From Nibricoccus sp. (lineage in GTDB: Bacteria; Verrucomicrobiota; Verrucomicrobiia; Opitutales; Opitutaceae): 64,000 bases of DNA. Under the pieces are notes generated by a model. That model saw only the letters and a list, made by a program, of their open reading frames with translations, was not told where the DNA came from and did not search any database. Positions 8,589 to 18,132 of the stretch are shown one piece after another. Numbering within the stretch: position 1 is the stretch's first letter; each line of letters opens with the position of its first letter. A program made the translations under genes and the position numbers. The stretch spans positions 4,128,001-4,192,000 of the forward strand of contig JASGHG010000001.1 of NCBI GenBank assembly GCA_047602425.1, given 5' to 3'.

Positions 8589-11327
8589 ATGCAAACGCTC
8601 AAAAAAATTGTTGGCCCGTTAGTTTTAGTTTTTGCGACTCTTCTCGCACGAGTCCCTGCGCAGGCGGCCACGCAGACAGTCGAAGTTGGAAAGTCGGTGA
8701 CGATCTCCGTGTCGGCCGATGGTGCTGCTCCGTTCAGTTATCAGTGGAAAAAAGACGGCGTGAATATCACAGGCGCGACCAACGCCAGCTACACGATTGC
8801 CTCGGCGTCGACGTCGAGCGCGGGCGTTTACACGGCGACGGTTTCGAACTCCTATGGCTCGACCGTTTCCGATAATGCGGTGATTGCGATTGGCAGCGCC
8901 GCAGTCACGGCGCCGACGATCACGACGCAGCCGGTTGCATTGACGGTTGTGCAGGGCAGTGCAGCGACCTTCAGCGTGGCAGCGAGCGGCACTTCGCTCA
9001 GCTACCAGTGGAAGAAGAGTGGCGTCGCAATTTCTGGCGCGACGAACAGCAGCTATACTATTTCAAACACCACGCTCGCGGATGCCGGCAGTTACTCCGT
9101 GACGGTATCGAACACGGCGGGCACGGCGACCTCGCTGGCGGTTGCGCTGACGGTGAACGCGGTTGCCGTTGCGCCGACGATCACGACGCAGCCGACATCT
9201 CTGACGGTCGCGCCCGGCGCTTCCGCGAATTTCTCCGTCGTGGCGAGCGGTTCGTCGCTTTCTTATCAGTGGTCCAAGAACGGCGTAGCGATTTCCGGAG
9301 CCACCAACAGCAGTTGCACGATCGGGTCGGCCACAACCAGCGATGCGGCAAGTTATTCGGTGCGCGTGAGCAACTCTGCAGGCGCCGTCACTTCCTCGAC
9401 CGCCACGCTCACCGTGAGCGCGAGCGTCACTGCGCCGTCGATTACGACGCAACCGGCTCCGCTCACCGTCACGCAGGGCAGCGCGGCCACGTTCTCCGTC
9501 GCGGCAAGCGGCTCCTCACTCAATTATCAATGGTATAAGGGCAGCGTGCCAGTTGCCAACGGCACGGGCTCCAGCGTAACGCTTCCAGCCGTCACTTCAG
9601 CCGACGCGGGCAGCTATTACGTGATTGTGAGCAATTCCGCCGGTACCGCTGTTTCGCTCGTCGTTGGTCTCACGGTGAACGCCGCGGTGGTCACCGCCCC
9701 GACGATTGCAACGCAGCCGGCTTCGCTGACTGTGACGCAGGGCGCGGCCGCCACCTTCACCGTCGCGGCGAACGGCACGTCGTTGAACTATCAATGGTAT
9801 AAAAACGGCGTCGCGATTTCCGGCGCTACAACCATCTCCTACACCCTAGCTTCAACGGTGCTCTCCAGCGCGGGCAGTTACACGGTGGTCGTTTCGAATA
9901 CGGCCGGTTCCGTGACCTCGTCGGCGGCGACGCTCACCGTGAATGCGCCGGTGACCGCCCCGGCAATTACCGCGCAGCCCACGCCGCTGACGGTAGCGCA
10001 AGGCGGCTCTGCCTTGTTCTCCGTCACAGCAACCGGCTCCTCACTGAGCTATCAGTGGTATAAAGGCGGCACAGCGTTGAGCGGCGGCACCAGCAGCAGC
10101 TTCACGATTGGTGCCACGAGTCTGTCTGACGCGGGCAATTACTACGTGATGGTGAGCAATTCCGCCGGCACGGTCACGTCGTCTGTCGTCGGCCTGACGG
10201 TGAACGCCGCCGTGACGACCGCCCCGGCAATTACGAAACAGCCCACCGCGGTGACCGCAACCGCAGGCAGCGCAGCCACGTTCACCGTGACCGCCAGCGG
10301 CACTCCGCTCAACTATCAATGGTACAAAGGCGGCGCGGCACTCGCCGGCGCCACCAGCGCCACCTACACGATCGGAGCTACCGCTTCGTCTGACGCGGGC
10401 AACTATTACGTGATCGTGAGCAATTCCGCCGGCACCGCGGTGTCGCTGGTTGTTCCTCTCACCGTAAGCGCTGCTTCAGCCGCTTCGCCAGACTTTGCCG
10501 AACTCACGCCTACCTCCTACACCGCGCGTGGACAAAACAGCGCCGCGGAAGCAGTCAGCATGCTCTTCGACGGCAAGACCACGACAAAGTGGGTCGACAA
10601 CAGCGCATTCACCTGGGTGCAACTCACCTTCGCGTCACCGACCACACTCGAGGCTTACAGCCTCACGTCGGCCGCAGACACGCCGGGACGCGATCCGGTT
10701 TCATGGACACTTTCGGGTTCCAACGACGGTGTAACGTGGAACGTCATCGACACCCGCTCGGCCGAAACCTGGGCCACACGTCAGCTCACGCGCGACTTCG
10801 TCCTCGCGACAACCTCGGCGGCGTACACCCAGTTCCGATTCAACTTCAACGCGCTCTCGGCGACGGTCACGCAACTGGCTGAAATCGAAATGCACGGTTC
10901 CACCGTCGTCTCGGCCAAGCTCACGCCGTCCACCTATTCGGCGCGCGGTCAGGCGGGCGGCAATTATGCGGTCGCAAAACTCTTCGATGGCAGTGCCTCG
11001 ACGCGGTGGGCCGACTACAGTGCTGCGAGCTGGATCAAGGTTGGCACCTCTGCGCCAACCATCCTGCGCCGCTACACGCTGACTTCGAGCTCGGATAGCG
11101 CTAACTCCGACCCGATTGCCTGGACGCTGTATGGTTCGAACGATGGCACCAATTGGACCGTCATCGAGACGCGCACCGGCCAGTCTTGGAGCAGCCGGAA
11201 ATTGAAACGCGACTTCACGCTCACGACGGCATCGAACAAATACGTTTGGTTCCGCTTCGATTTCCAAGTCGCCTCCGGTTGGACCACCACGCAGCTGGCT
11301 GAAATGGAATTGTTCGGACAACAGTAA
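8589..11327 (+). CDS. Secreted protein with seven Ig-like repeats and two discoidin/F5-8 type C-like domains
   Basis: Signal peptide; repeats APxITxQP...LxYQWxK...DAGxY; two C-terminal units LFDG...TxW...WTLxGSNDGxxWxxI...QLAExE. Confidence 0.85.
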   Translation: MQTLKKIVGPLVLVFATLLARVPAQAATQTVEVGKSVTISVSADGAAPFSYQWKKDGVNITGATNASYTIASASTSSAGVYTATVSNSYGSTVSDNAVIAIGSAAVTAPTITTQPVALTVVQGSAATFSVAASGTSLSYQWKKSGVAISGATNSSYTISNTTLADAGSYSVTVSNTAGTATSLAVALTVNAVAVAPTITTQPTSLTVAPGASANFSVVASGSSLSYQWSKNGVAISGATNSSCTIGSATTSDAASYSVRVSNSAGAVTSSTATLTVSASVTAPSITTQPAPLTVTQGSAATFSVAASGSSLNYQWYKGSVPVANGTGSSVTLPAVTSADAGSYYVIVSNSAGTAVSLVVGLTVNAAVVTAPTIATQPASLTVTQGAAATFTVAANGTSLNYQWYKNGVAISGATTISYTLASTVLSSAGSYTVVVSNTAGSVTSSAATLTVNAPVTAPAITAQPTPLTVAQGGSALFSVTATGSSLSYQWYKGGTALSGGTSSSFTIGATSLSDAGNYYVMVSNSAGTVTSSVVGLTVNAAVTTAPAITKQPTAVTATAGSAATFTVTASGTPLNYQWYKGGAALAGATSATYTIGATASSDAGNYYVIVSNSAGTAVSLVVPLTVSAASAASPDFAELTPTSYTARGQNSAAEAVSMLFDGKTTTKWVDNSAFTWVQLTFASPTTLEAYSLTSAADTPGRDPVSWTLSGSNDGVTWNVIDTRSAETWATRQLTRDFVLATTSAAYTQFRFNFNALSATVTQLAEIEMHGSTVVSAKLTPSTYSARGQAGGNYAVAKLFDGSASTRWADYSAASWIKVGTSAPTILRRYTLTSSSDSANSDPIAWTLYGSNDGTNWTVIETRTGQSWSSRKLKRDFTLTTASNKYVWFRFDFQVASGWTTTQLAEMELFGQQ

Positions 11328-11411
11328 GACCGAAATTCAGGTCGGCGCAGAAACTAAAAACACGTTTTCTGCGCCGGCTGTTCCTTTGTTAAGGCAAGTT
11401 TGGCTCTGTCA

Positions 11412-11444
11412 GGTAGTTTGTCGTTTAATAGATGACAAACTGCC
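11412..11444. repeat. TTGTCA-N9-TGACAA family palindrome
   Basis: ggtagtttgtcgtttaatagatgacaaactgcc. Confidence 0.65.
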
Positions 11445-11621
11445 GGCAGGGCTTTTTAGCAAACCAAGACCGAAGACGCCGAAAAGGGGAGGGCCGACTT
11501 CAACAACGGTCGGACGTCGCGAGTTAGTGGTCGGCGTGGGAATCGACCCTGCGGCGGAAGATTTCCAATGAAGAAGCGGCCTGCTGGTGCCCGGCCGCTT
11601 TTGATTCTGGCAGGAGGTTCG

Positions 11622-12686
11622 TTATTTTTTTGCCAGCTGCCGCATGAGGGTCTGCGCGATGGACTTGAAAATAACGGCGACTTCGCTGTTGGGATCCTTG
11701 ACCACAATGGGTTCGCCGGAGTCGCCACAGGCGCGGATGTCCTCGACGAGGGGAACTTTGCCGAGCAGAACCGTGCCGAGGTCTGCGGCGGTTTTGTCGC
11801 CACCGCCTTCGCCGAACACCGTGTGGCGGTTGCCAATTGGATCGACGAAGTAGCTCATGTTTTCGGCGACGCCGAGAAGCGGGACGTTCACTTTTTGGAA
11901 CATCAGTCCGCCTTTGCGCGCGATCTGCGCGGCGGCGAGCTGCGGCGTGGTGACGAGCACCGCACCGTCGAGCGGGATCGTCTGCACGAGCGAAAGCTGT
12001 GCGTCGCCGGTGCCGGGAGGCAGATCGATCAGAAGGATATCGAGTTCGCCCCAGCGCACATTCTGCACGAACTGTTGCACGGTCTTCATGATCATCGGAC
12101 CGCGCCAGACGACGGGCGTGTTTTCGTCGACGAGGAAACCCATGCTCATGACTTTCACGCCGTGTTTTTCGAGAGGAAGAAGATTGTCGCCATCGACCAT
12201 CGGACGGCTGTTGATGCCGATCATCAGCGGCACGGAAGGACCGTAGATATCGCAGTCCATAAGACCGACACGGCCGGATCGGCCTTGCGCTTCGAGAAGC
12301 TGGGCGAGGGCACAGGCGAGATTGACGGCGAAAGTGGATTTGCCGACGCCGCCTTTGCCGGACGCGATGGCGACGGAGCGCGCGATGCCCGCAGGTGCGG
12401 TGCCGCCACCGAGATTTTGCTGGCCGGGAGCGGGCGGCGTTTTGGCGGCGGAGACGGCGATGTCGACGATACTTGATTTCACGCCGGGCTGGGCGAGCAG
12501 GCATTTTTCAACCTCGGTTTTGAGGTGCAGCGGAATTTTCGGATCGGAAGTGGTGATCGCGAGCGCGACCTTCGCGACACCGTCGGCGAACGCGGCGGAG
12601 CGGACCAAACCGAACGACACGATGTCGCGGCTGAAACCGGGATACTTAACTTGCTTGAGGGCTTCTTTGATCTGGTCGGAGGTCAC
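11622..12686 (-). CDS. mrp: Mrp/ApbC (NBP35-family) Fe-S cluster carrier ATPase
   Basis: ASGKGGVGKST, DCDIYGPSVP, VWRGPM, DLPPGTGDAQL, ENMS motifs. Confidence 0.92.
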   Translation of the reverse strand: MTSDQIKEALKQVKYPGFSRDIVSFGLVRSAAFADGVAKVALAITTSDPKIPLHLKTEVEKCLLAQPGVKSSIVDIAVSAAKTPPAPGQQNLGGGTAPAGIARSVAIASGKGGVGKSTFAVNLACALAQLLEAQGRSGRVGLMDCDIYGPSVPLMIGINSRPMVDGDNLLPLEKHGVKVMSMGFLVDENTPVVWRGPMIMKTVQQFVQNVRWGELDILLIDLPPGTGDAQLSLVQTIPLDGAVLVTTPQLAAAQIARKGGLMFQKVNVPLLGVAENMSYFVDPIGNRHTVFGEGGGDKTAADLGTVLLGKVPLVEDIRACGDSGEPIVVKDPNSEVAVIFKSIAQTLMRQLAKK

Positions 12687-12789
12687 GGTGGAGATTTTTG
12701 AATTGGAAATGTTTTAACGTTGTTAAGAGGGCGTGTCGTGTAAATAGAAATGGCCTGAACTTCTTCACACATACGCAGCAAATTTCTCC

Positions 12790-13971
12790 ATGCAAAAACT
12801 CCTACGCTTTTTTTCCGCCTTGGTTCTGGGTGTAGCAGCCCAATTCGCAGTCGCAGCCGATGATTCTGAATATATTGGAAAAGTCATTGTGCCAGGGGCA
12901 GGCGGCACTCCGATTCGTGTTTCCGGCAACACCGCTGAACTCGACGCGCTGGCCCGCACGGCTTTCGGCGCACACGGCGAGTACCGTCTGGTGGCTTCGG
13001 GCGGTCAATATGAGATTCGTTTTTCCGCCGTCAGCGGAAATTCGGTAAACGTGCAGGTGATTAAGGGTAGTTCGGTAGCGCTCAATCAAAACGTCACCGG
13101 CACCAGCTTGCGCAATGCCTTCTTCCGCGCGGGCGACGTGGCGGTCAAAGCGACGAGCGGCCTGAAGGGCTTTTTTGCCTCTAAGCTTGCGTTCGTCAGC
13201 AATCGCACCGGCAAGGACGAAATTTACGTTGGCGATCTTTTCATGGGCGAAGTCAGACAGCTGACTCGCGACAATGCGCACGCGATGACTCCGCGTTGGT
13301 CGCCGGATGGCACAAAGCTGATCTACACGAGTTATTTTCGGAATTTTCCCGATATCTATTTGATCAACTTGCAAAACAACGACCGCACGAAATTCGCCAG
13401 CTTCCAGGGCACCAACAGCGGCGCGCGCTTCAGCCCGAACGGCCAGCGTGTGGCAATGGTGTTGAGCGGCGAAGGAATACCGGAAATTTATTCGAGCCCG
13501 GCGAGCGGCAGACCGGTGACACGTCTCACGCGTTCGGACGCGGTCAAATCGTCACCGTGTTTTTCTCCTGATAGCAGCCGCATCGTTTACGCATCCGAAC
13601 CTGGTCCGAAGTTGTATATCATGTCGGCCGGTGGCGGCGGTGGGCAGATGATAGGCGGAGGACTGGCCACCACGTATTGCGCGGAGCCGGATTGGAGCGT
13701 GGGTGATCCCAACAAGATCGCTTACACGTTTCGCGAACAAGGAGGCCATTTCCAAATCGCCGTGCACGATCTCAGCACGGGCAAAAGCGAAAAAGTTTCC
13801 AAGGCGGCGTATGACGGTGTCGAACCCTGCTGGCTCGCGGATGGTCGCCATCTGATTTACACGGCGCGTGCAGCCGGCAGCCGGGCCTTGTTCCTGCTCG
13901 ATACCAAGAGCGGCCGGACGGTTCGCATCGGCAATATAACGGCGGAAAAGGCCAGCGTGCTGAACCCGTAA
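12790..13971 (+). CDS. tolB: TolB-like periplasmic beta-propeller protein
   Basis: Signal peptide; PD40-type repeats (PRWSPDG, ARFSPNG, PCFSPDS). Confidence 0.75.
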   Translation: MQKLLRFFSALVLGVAAQFAVAADDSEYIGKVIVPGAGGTPIRVSGNTAELDALARTAFGAHGEYRLVASGGQYEIRFSAVSGNSVNVQVIKGSSVALNQNVTGTSLRNAFFRAGDVAVKATSGLKGFFASKLAFVSNRTGKDEIYVGDLFMGEVRQLTRDNAHAMTPRWSPDGTKLIYTSYFRNFPDIYLINLQNNDRTKFASFQGTNSGARFSPNGQRVAMVLSGEGIPEIYSSPASGRPVTRLTRSDAVKSSPCFSPDSSRIVYASEPGPKLYIMSAGGGGGQMIGGGLATTYCAEPDWSVGDPNKIAYTFREQGGHFQIAVHDLSTGKSEKVSKAAYDGVEPCWLADGRHLIYTARAAGSRALFLLDTKSGRTVRIGNITAEKASVLNP

Positions 13972-14006
13972 CCACCGGGAAATTATTTTAGGCGAGCGCC
14001 CGACAA

Positions 14007-14037
14007 AAAGGCCGCACCGGATTCCGGTGCGGCCTTT
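14007..14037. terminator. Bidirectional terminator between convergent tolB and sodA
   Basis: aaaggccgcaccgg-att-ccggtgcggccttt. Confidence 0.85.
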
Positions 14038-14076
14038 CTCTTATGGTGAATAGCTGAAAAACGAAGCGCCCTGCGC

Positions 14077-14709
14077 TCAGGCGATGGCGGCGAGGTAATT
14101 CTTCTCGGCGGCGTCCCAATCGACGACGTTCCAGAAGGCGGCGATATAGTCGGGGCGACGGTTTTGATAATTCAAATAATAGGCGTGCTCCCAGACATCG
14201 AGGCCGATGACGGGCTTGCCTTCGATCCCGGAGACCGCCTTGCCCATGAGGGGGCTATCTTGGTTGGCGGTGGAACCGATCGCGAGTTTCTTGTCGGCTC
14301 CAACCACGAGCCAGGCCCAACCGGAGCCGAAGCGGGTGGCGCCGGCCTTGGCGAATTCTTCCTTAAACTTGTCGAAACCGCCAAAAGTGCTGTTGATGGC
14401 CTCGGCAAGCTTGCCCTTGGGGGCGCCGCCCTTGCCCGGGCCGAGAATGGTCCAGAAGAAGGAGTGGTTGCTGTGGCCGCCGGCATTATTGCGCACGCCG
14501 CCGCGGATGGCCTCGGGCACCTTCGAGAGATCGGCGATCAGGGCATTGACGTCGAGCGCGGCGAGGGCGGGGTGGTCCTTGAGAAAATTATTCGCGTTGG
14601 TGATATACGCTTGGTGGTGTTTGCCGTGATGGATTTCCATCGTCTTCGCGTCGATGTGCGGCTCGAGGGCGTTGGGAGCGTAAGGCAGTTTTGGAAGTTC
14701 GTAAGCCAT
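14077..14709 (-). CDS. sodA: Mn/Fe superoxide dismutase (Mn-type signature)
   Basis: [41 protein letters not shown]. Confidence 0.95.
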   Translation of the reverse strand: MAYELPKLPYAPNALEPHIDAKTMEIHHGKHHQAYITNANNFLKDHPALAALDVNALIADLSKVPEAIRGGVRNNAGGHSNHSFFWTILGPGKGGAPKGKLAEAINSTFGGFDKFKEEFAKAGATRFGSGWAWLVVGADKKLAIGSTANQDSPLMGKAVSGIEGKPVIGLDVWEHAYYLNYQNRRPDYIAAFWNVVDWDAAEKNYLAAIA

Positions 14710-14846
14710 GGTTGTTTTCTTTAGTTCGTTTTCTATCTGAGTGAGTAAGATCAACCAGTAGACGGGACCGCGGCGGCGTCAACTCGTCGGGCAAGAATCT
14801 TCATGGGCACGAGTTGCGCTAATTTTGGCGGTGGCGTCAGTATAAG

Positions 14847-15377
14847 TCAGGTTTCTTGGGACCGCTTCAATTTAAAAAACGCCTGGAGCAATTCGAGGCA
14901 CTCGGGTTCAAGCACACCGCCCGCCGTGAGTTCGAGGTGATGATTGACGCGCGGGAGATCGTTGAGATTGGTCGCGCCGCCGAGGCACCCCATCTTCGGA
15001 TCGGGCACGGCGTAGCACACGCGTTTTAGGCGCGACATCAGCGTGGCGCCCGAACACATCGGACAGGGCTCCTTCGTGACATAGAGGGTGGCGCCGTCGA
15101 GCCTCCAGTCGCCGATGCTGGCGGCGGCCTGAGTGAGGGCGAGCATCTCGGCGTGGGCAGTGGGATCGTGGGCGCCCTCGACGGTGTTGTGGGCGGAGGC
15201 AATCACTTCGCCGGCGAGTTCGATTACGCAACCGATGGGCACCTCGTCTTCGCGCCAGGCGTCGATGGCCTGATTGTACGCCAAGCTCATGAAAAACGTA
15301 TCGTCGCGGAGAAGTTGCGAGGGGAATCGTTTTTCAAAAGGGCAATCGAGCGGCAATTTTGATTCAGGAGAGCTCAT
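14847..15377 (-). CDS. tadA: tRNA adenosine deaminase
   Basis: EVPIG, HAE, EPCPMC motifs. Confidence 0.85.
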   Translation of the reverse strand: MSSPESKLPLDCPFEKRFPSQLLRDDTFFMSLAYNQAIDAWREDEVPIGCVIELAGEVIASAHNTVEGAHDPTAHAEMLALTQAAASIGDWRLDGATLYVTKEPCPMCSGATLMSRLKRVCYAVPDPKMGCLGGATNLNDLPRVNHHLELTAGGVLEPECLELLQAFFKLKRSQET

Positions 15378-15529
15378 GAAGATCGGCGAAATGGGCGAAG
15401 ACAGGCCGGTTCAACGGAAACCGCCCAGAGGAAAGCCTTGACTTAGGTGGGGAGCTCAAGTGTTACAAGGTGCTTTTATTGCGGACTTTTATTGCATGAA
15501 CCAAACCTCAGTTGTCACCCAAGCTTTGT

Positions 15530-15793
15530 ATGTCTGACGGCAAAGCGATCGAAGTAGAAGGAAAGATCGTGGCGGTACTTCCCGGCACGATGTTCAAAGT
15601 ACAACTCTCGAACGGCCACGTCGTTCTTGCCCATATCTCGGGCAAGCTGCGCAAGAACTTCATCAAGATCGCCGCAGGCGACAACGTGAAGATGGAGATG
15701 AGCCCCTACGATTTGGAAAAGGCGCGCATCACCTACCGCATGAAGGACGAGCGTCCGGCCAATTTCACGCGTCCGCCCTTGCGGCGTCGCTAA
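15530..15793 (+). CDS. infA: Translation initiation factor IF-1
   Basis: AIEVEG...LPGTMF...[13 protein letters not shown]...SPYDL. Confidence 0.95.
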   Translation: MSDGKAIEVEGKIVAVLPGTMFKVQLSNGHVVLAHISGKLRKNFIKIAAGDNVKMEMSPYDLEKARITYRMKDERPANFTRPPLRRR

Positions 15794-15820
15794 GTTGTCC
15801 GCGGGAGCGGCATTTTGGCC

Positions 15821-16774
15821 ATGGCCCGCCTCCGTCAAAAACACGCTGCGGATCTTGAGCGCAGCAAGGCGCCAGGAGGCTTCGTCGAGGACATCGACGG
15901 TTACATCGCGTTTCTGAAACTCGAACGCGGATTGTCGCGCCACACTCAGACAGGTTATCAAACCGATCTCGATCAATGCGCCAATTTTCTTGCGCGCAAA
16001 GGTGTGACAGATTGGCGAAACGTCACGCCGGCCGAAGTGGAAAGTTGGATTCTTTCATTGAGCGGCAAGGACTACTCGGCGACCAGCCTTGCGCGCAAAC
16101 TCACGGCGTTGCGCGGACTGGCGCGTCACTTGGTCCGCGAGAATTTGCGCAAGGACGATTTCACGCAGTTGCTCGCCGGCCCCAAGCTTCAGCGGCGCAT
16201 TCCTGGGACATTGACGGAACTCGAAGTGGAACGATTGCTGACAGCCCCCGCGGGCGGCGACGCGATGGCATTGCGCGACCGGGCGATTTTGGAGCTGTTT
16301 TATTCGAGCGGATTGCGCGTGTCGGAACTAAGCGGCCTCACGTTGCAACAGGTCGATTTGAAGGAAGGTTTTCTGCGCGTTTTTGGCAAAGGCTCAAAGG
16401 AACGCGTCGTGCCGATTGGCGGCCGGGCGGCGACGGCGTTGGAAACTTACCTTGTCGCCGGCCGCAGTCATTTTGTCAAACCGAAGACAGGCAGCGCGGT
16501 TTTCCTCAGCGAACGCGGCACGGCGATTTCGCGTAAGATGCTTTGGGTGCTCGTGAAAAAATACGCGCTGCGCGCTGGAATCACGAAGACGGTTAAACCG
16601 CATCTTTTGCGACATTCCTTTGCCACGCATCTACTGGGCGGCGGCGCGGATTTGAGGGCGATCCAAGAAATGCTCGGCCACGCGAATCTCGCGACGACAC
16701 AGATCTACACCGCCGTCGAAGAAAAACGCTTGGTCGACCACCACGCGAAATTTCACCCACGCAACAAAGGTTGA
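15821..16774 (+). CDS. xerD: XerD-type tyrosine recombinase
   Basis: LERGLSxHT, RDRAILE, SGLRVSEL, GKGSKER, HLLRHSFATH, QEMLGH, TTQIYT. Confidence 0.85.
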   Translation: MARLRQKHAADLERSKAPGGFVEDIDGYIAFLKLERGLSRHTQTGYQTDLDQCANFLARKGVTDWRNVTPAEVESWILSLSGKDYSATSLARKLTALRGLARHLVRENLRKDDFTQLLAGPKLQRRIPGTLTELEVERLLTAPAGGDAMALRDRAILELFYSSGLRVSELSGLTLQQVDLKEGFLRVFGKGSKERVVPIGGRAATALETYLVAGRSHFVKPKTGSAVFLSERGTAISRKMLWVLVKKYALRAGITKTVKPHLLRHSFATHLLGGGADLRAIQEMLGHANLATTQIYTAVEEKRLVDHHAKFHPRNKG

Positions 16775-16969
16775 AGCTTCGTCGGGGAGCACGTTTCATC
16801 AGGGAAAATGCACCTGTGGCCTGAATCTCCAGGTGCGATGCTTCTCTGAACCATCATTAAGAATTACTCCTACTGACTGACATCACATGACGTAGATCTT
16901 TCGAATCGAAGATTCTACGAACCTATGTTCAAAGATGATAGGGCAGTGCGTATACACCGGAGAAAAGAA

Positions 16970-17006
16970 GAATCCGTTTGTCATCTATTAAATGACAAAC
17001 GGATTC
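16970..17006. repeat. TTGTCA-N9-TGACAA family palindrome with perfect 15-bp arms
   Basis: gaatccgtttgtcat-ctattaa-atgacaaacggattc. Confidence 0.8.
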
Positions 17007-17459
17007 GTGCTTCTAAAAGAAAGGCGCCGAGAAATTCCTGGAGTATGACATCAAACGGGGTCCGCGACCTCCGCTAAAATCAAAGTCAAAAGTGCAGTCT
17101 GGTGCTGTTGGCCCGAATGCGAGGACGGTGCGGATGTTGATGCGATCTGATAGAGGCAGAGTGACGAACGAGACGCACAATCCATAATGTCGATATCGCC
17201 CGTTTTTGGCCTACGGGTCAAAGACCGAACCAATGGCGAGAAGTTAATCGAGGTGAAGATGCGAGGGGAATACCGTTTCATTTTGCAGATCGGTAGGTGG
17301 AGCGAGAGTGGTTTTGCTTCCTATTGCGGTCCCTATGACGATTAGTTTCCGGCATTTGTGGGAACGGGCGGTGAGCGATGGTTATTCGCATCAGGCTCTG
17401 AGGAGATTGTGAGTAACTTGGACTAGCGTATGTGGATCGAGCGGGTACCAACACTCGGC

Positions 17460-17906
17460 ATGAATCTTCAACCCTCGGAAGAAGCGTATTCCGGAGCGGA
17501 CACTGAATGGCGTAGCCCGCGGCCCAAGGTTTTGGTGGTGGACGATGAACCCCTCGTATTGTCGGCAGTTTTTGAAATGCTTGAGCGGTCTGGTTATCAC
17601 GTGGTGTCGGCGCGGTCGGCCGAGGAAGCGGTGGCGAAAATGCTGTTTGAACGATTCGATATTGTACTGACCGATTACCGGCTGGGCGCGAAAGGGGGAG
17701 ATTTTGTGGCGTTGACGGCGCGACAATCCATTCCACCGCTTCCCGTGGTCATTATGACGGGTCTGATCGAGGAATTGCCGGAATGGCTCCGCGGCGGATC
17801 GTTGTCGGTGCCGATCATCCGCAAGCCCTTTCGGCTGGCCGATCTCCTCATGGTGCTGGACTGTGCAATAATGGAGACGGAAGTCGCCGCGTCGCTTCCC
17901 AACTAA
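17460..17906 (+). CDS. Single-domain response regulator (receiver)
   Basis: VLVVDDE, FDIVLTD, VIMTG, KPF motifs; start uncertain (17430 or 17460). Confidence 0.8.
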   Translation: MNLQPSEEAYSGADTEWRSPRPKVLVVDDEPLVLSAVFEMLERSGYHVVSARSAEEAVAKMLFERFDIVLTDYRLGAKGGDFVALTARQSIPPLPVVIMTGLIEELPEWLRGGSLSVPIIRKPFRLADLLMVLDCAIMETEVAASLPN

Positions 17907-18068
17907 GCGGAATTATAAGGCCCGCCCAGGACAACAGTTCTGTACCGTAGCTAAACATCATCGTTCTAGTTGCAAGGCATGTGCGGATTTTAGTCCTAGC
18001 AGATAGTTTGTAGTCTATTAAATGACAAATTGGCTGGGGACGCCCGAAGGATGGGTGTGGCCACAAAA

Positions 18069-18094
18069 AAGCCAGCGAGAGCACTCGCTGGCTT
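18069..18094 (-). terminator. Intrinsic terminator for the pectin-utilisation operon
   Basis: aagccagcgag-agca-ctcgctggctt with adjacent A-tract (U-tract on minus strand). Confidence 0.75.
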
Positions 18095-18132
18095 GGAAAG
18101 GGAGGCAGAGCCTCAATCAGGAATCGGTGCGA

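Noticed and set aside
8900..10470. ~260-bp repeated units as a CRISPR or non-coding array
   Set aside because: They are in-frame Ig-domain repeats of one protein; no constant repeat with unique spacers and no cas genes.
11450..11620. Possible tRNA remnant or 6S-like RNA (minus strand ...GGGTCGATTCCCACGCCGACCA)
   Set aside because: The T-stem does not pair, no cloverleaf forms and there is no closing stem; only local hairpins (e.g. ~11574-11600) are supported.
15821..16774. Tyrosine recombinase as the integron integrase for the cassette array
   Set aside because: Has XerD-type motifs, no visible IntI-specific insertion between the catalytic boxes, sits next to infA and is 11 kb from the cassettes.
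17051..17281. 76-aa minus-strand ORF or a PilZ-like pseudogene in another minus frame
   Set aside because: No recognisable motifs in the ORF; the PilZ resemblance is a few residues with in-frame stops and is too weak.
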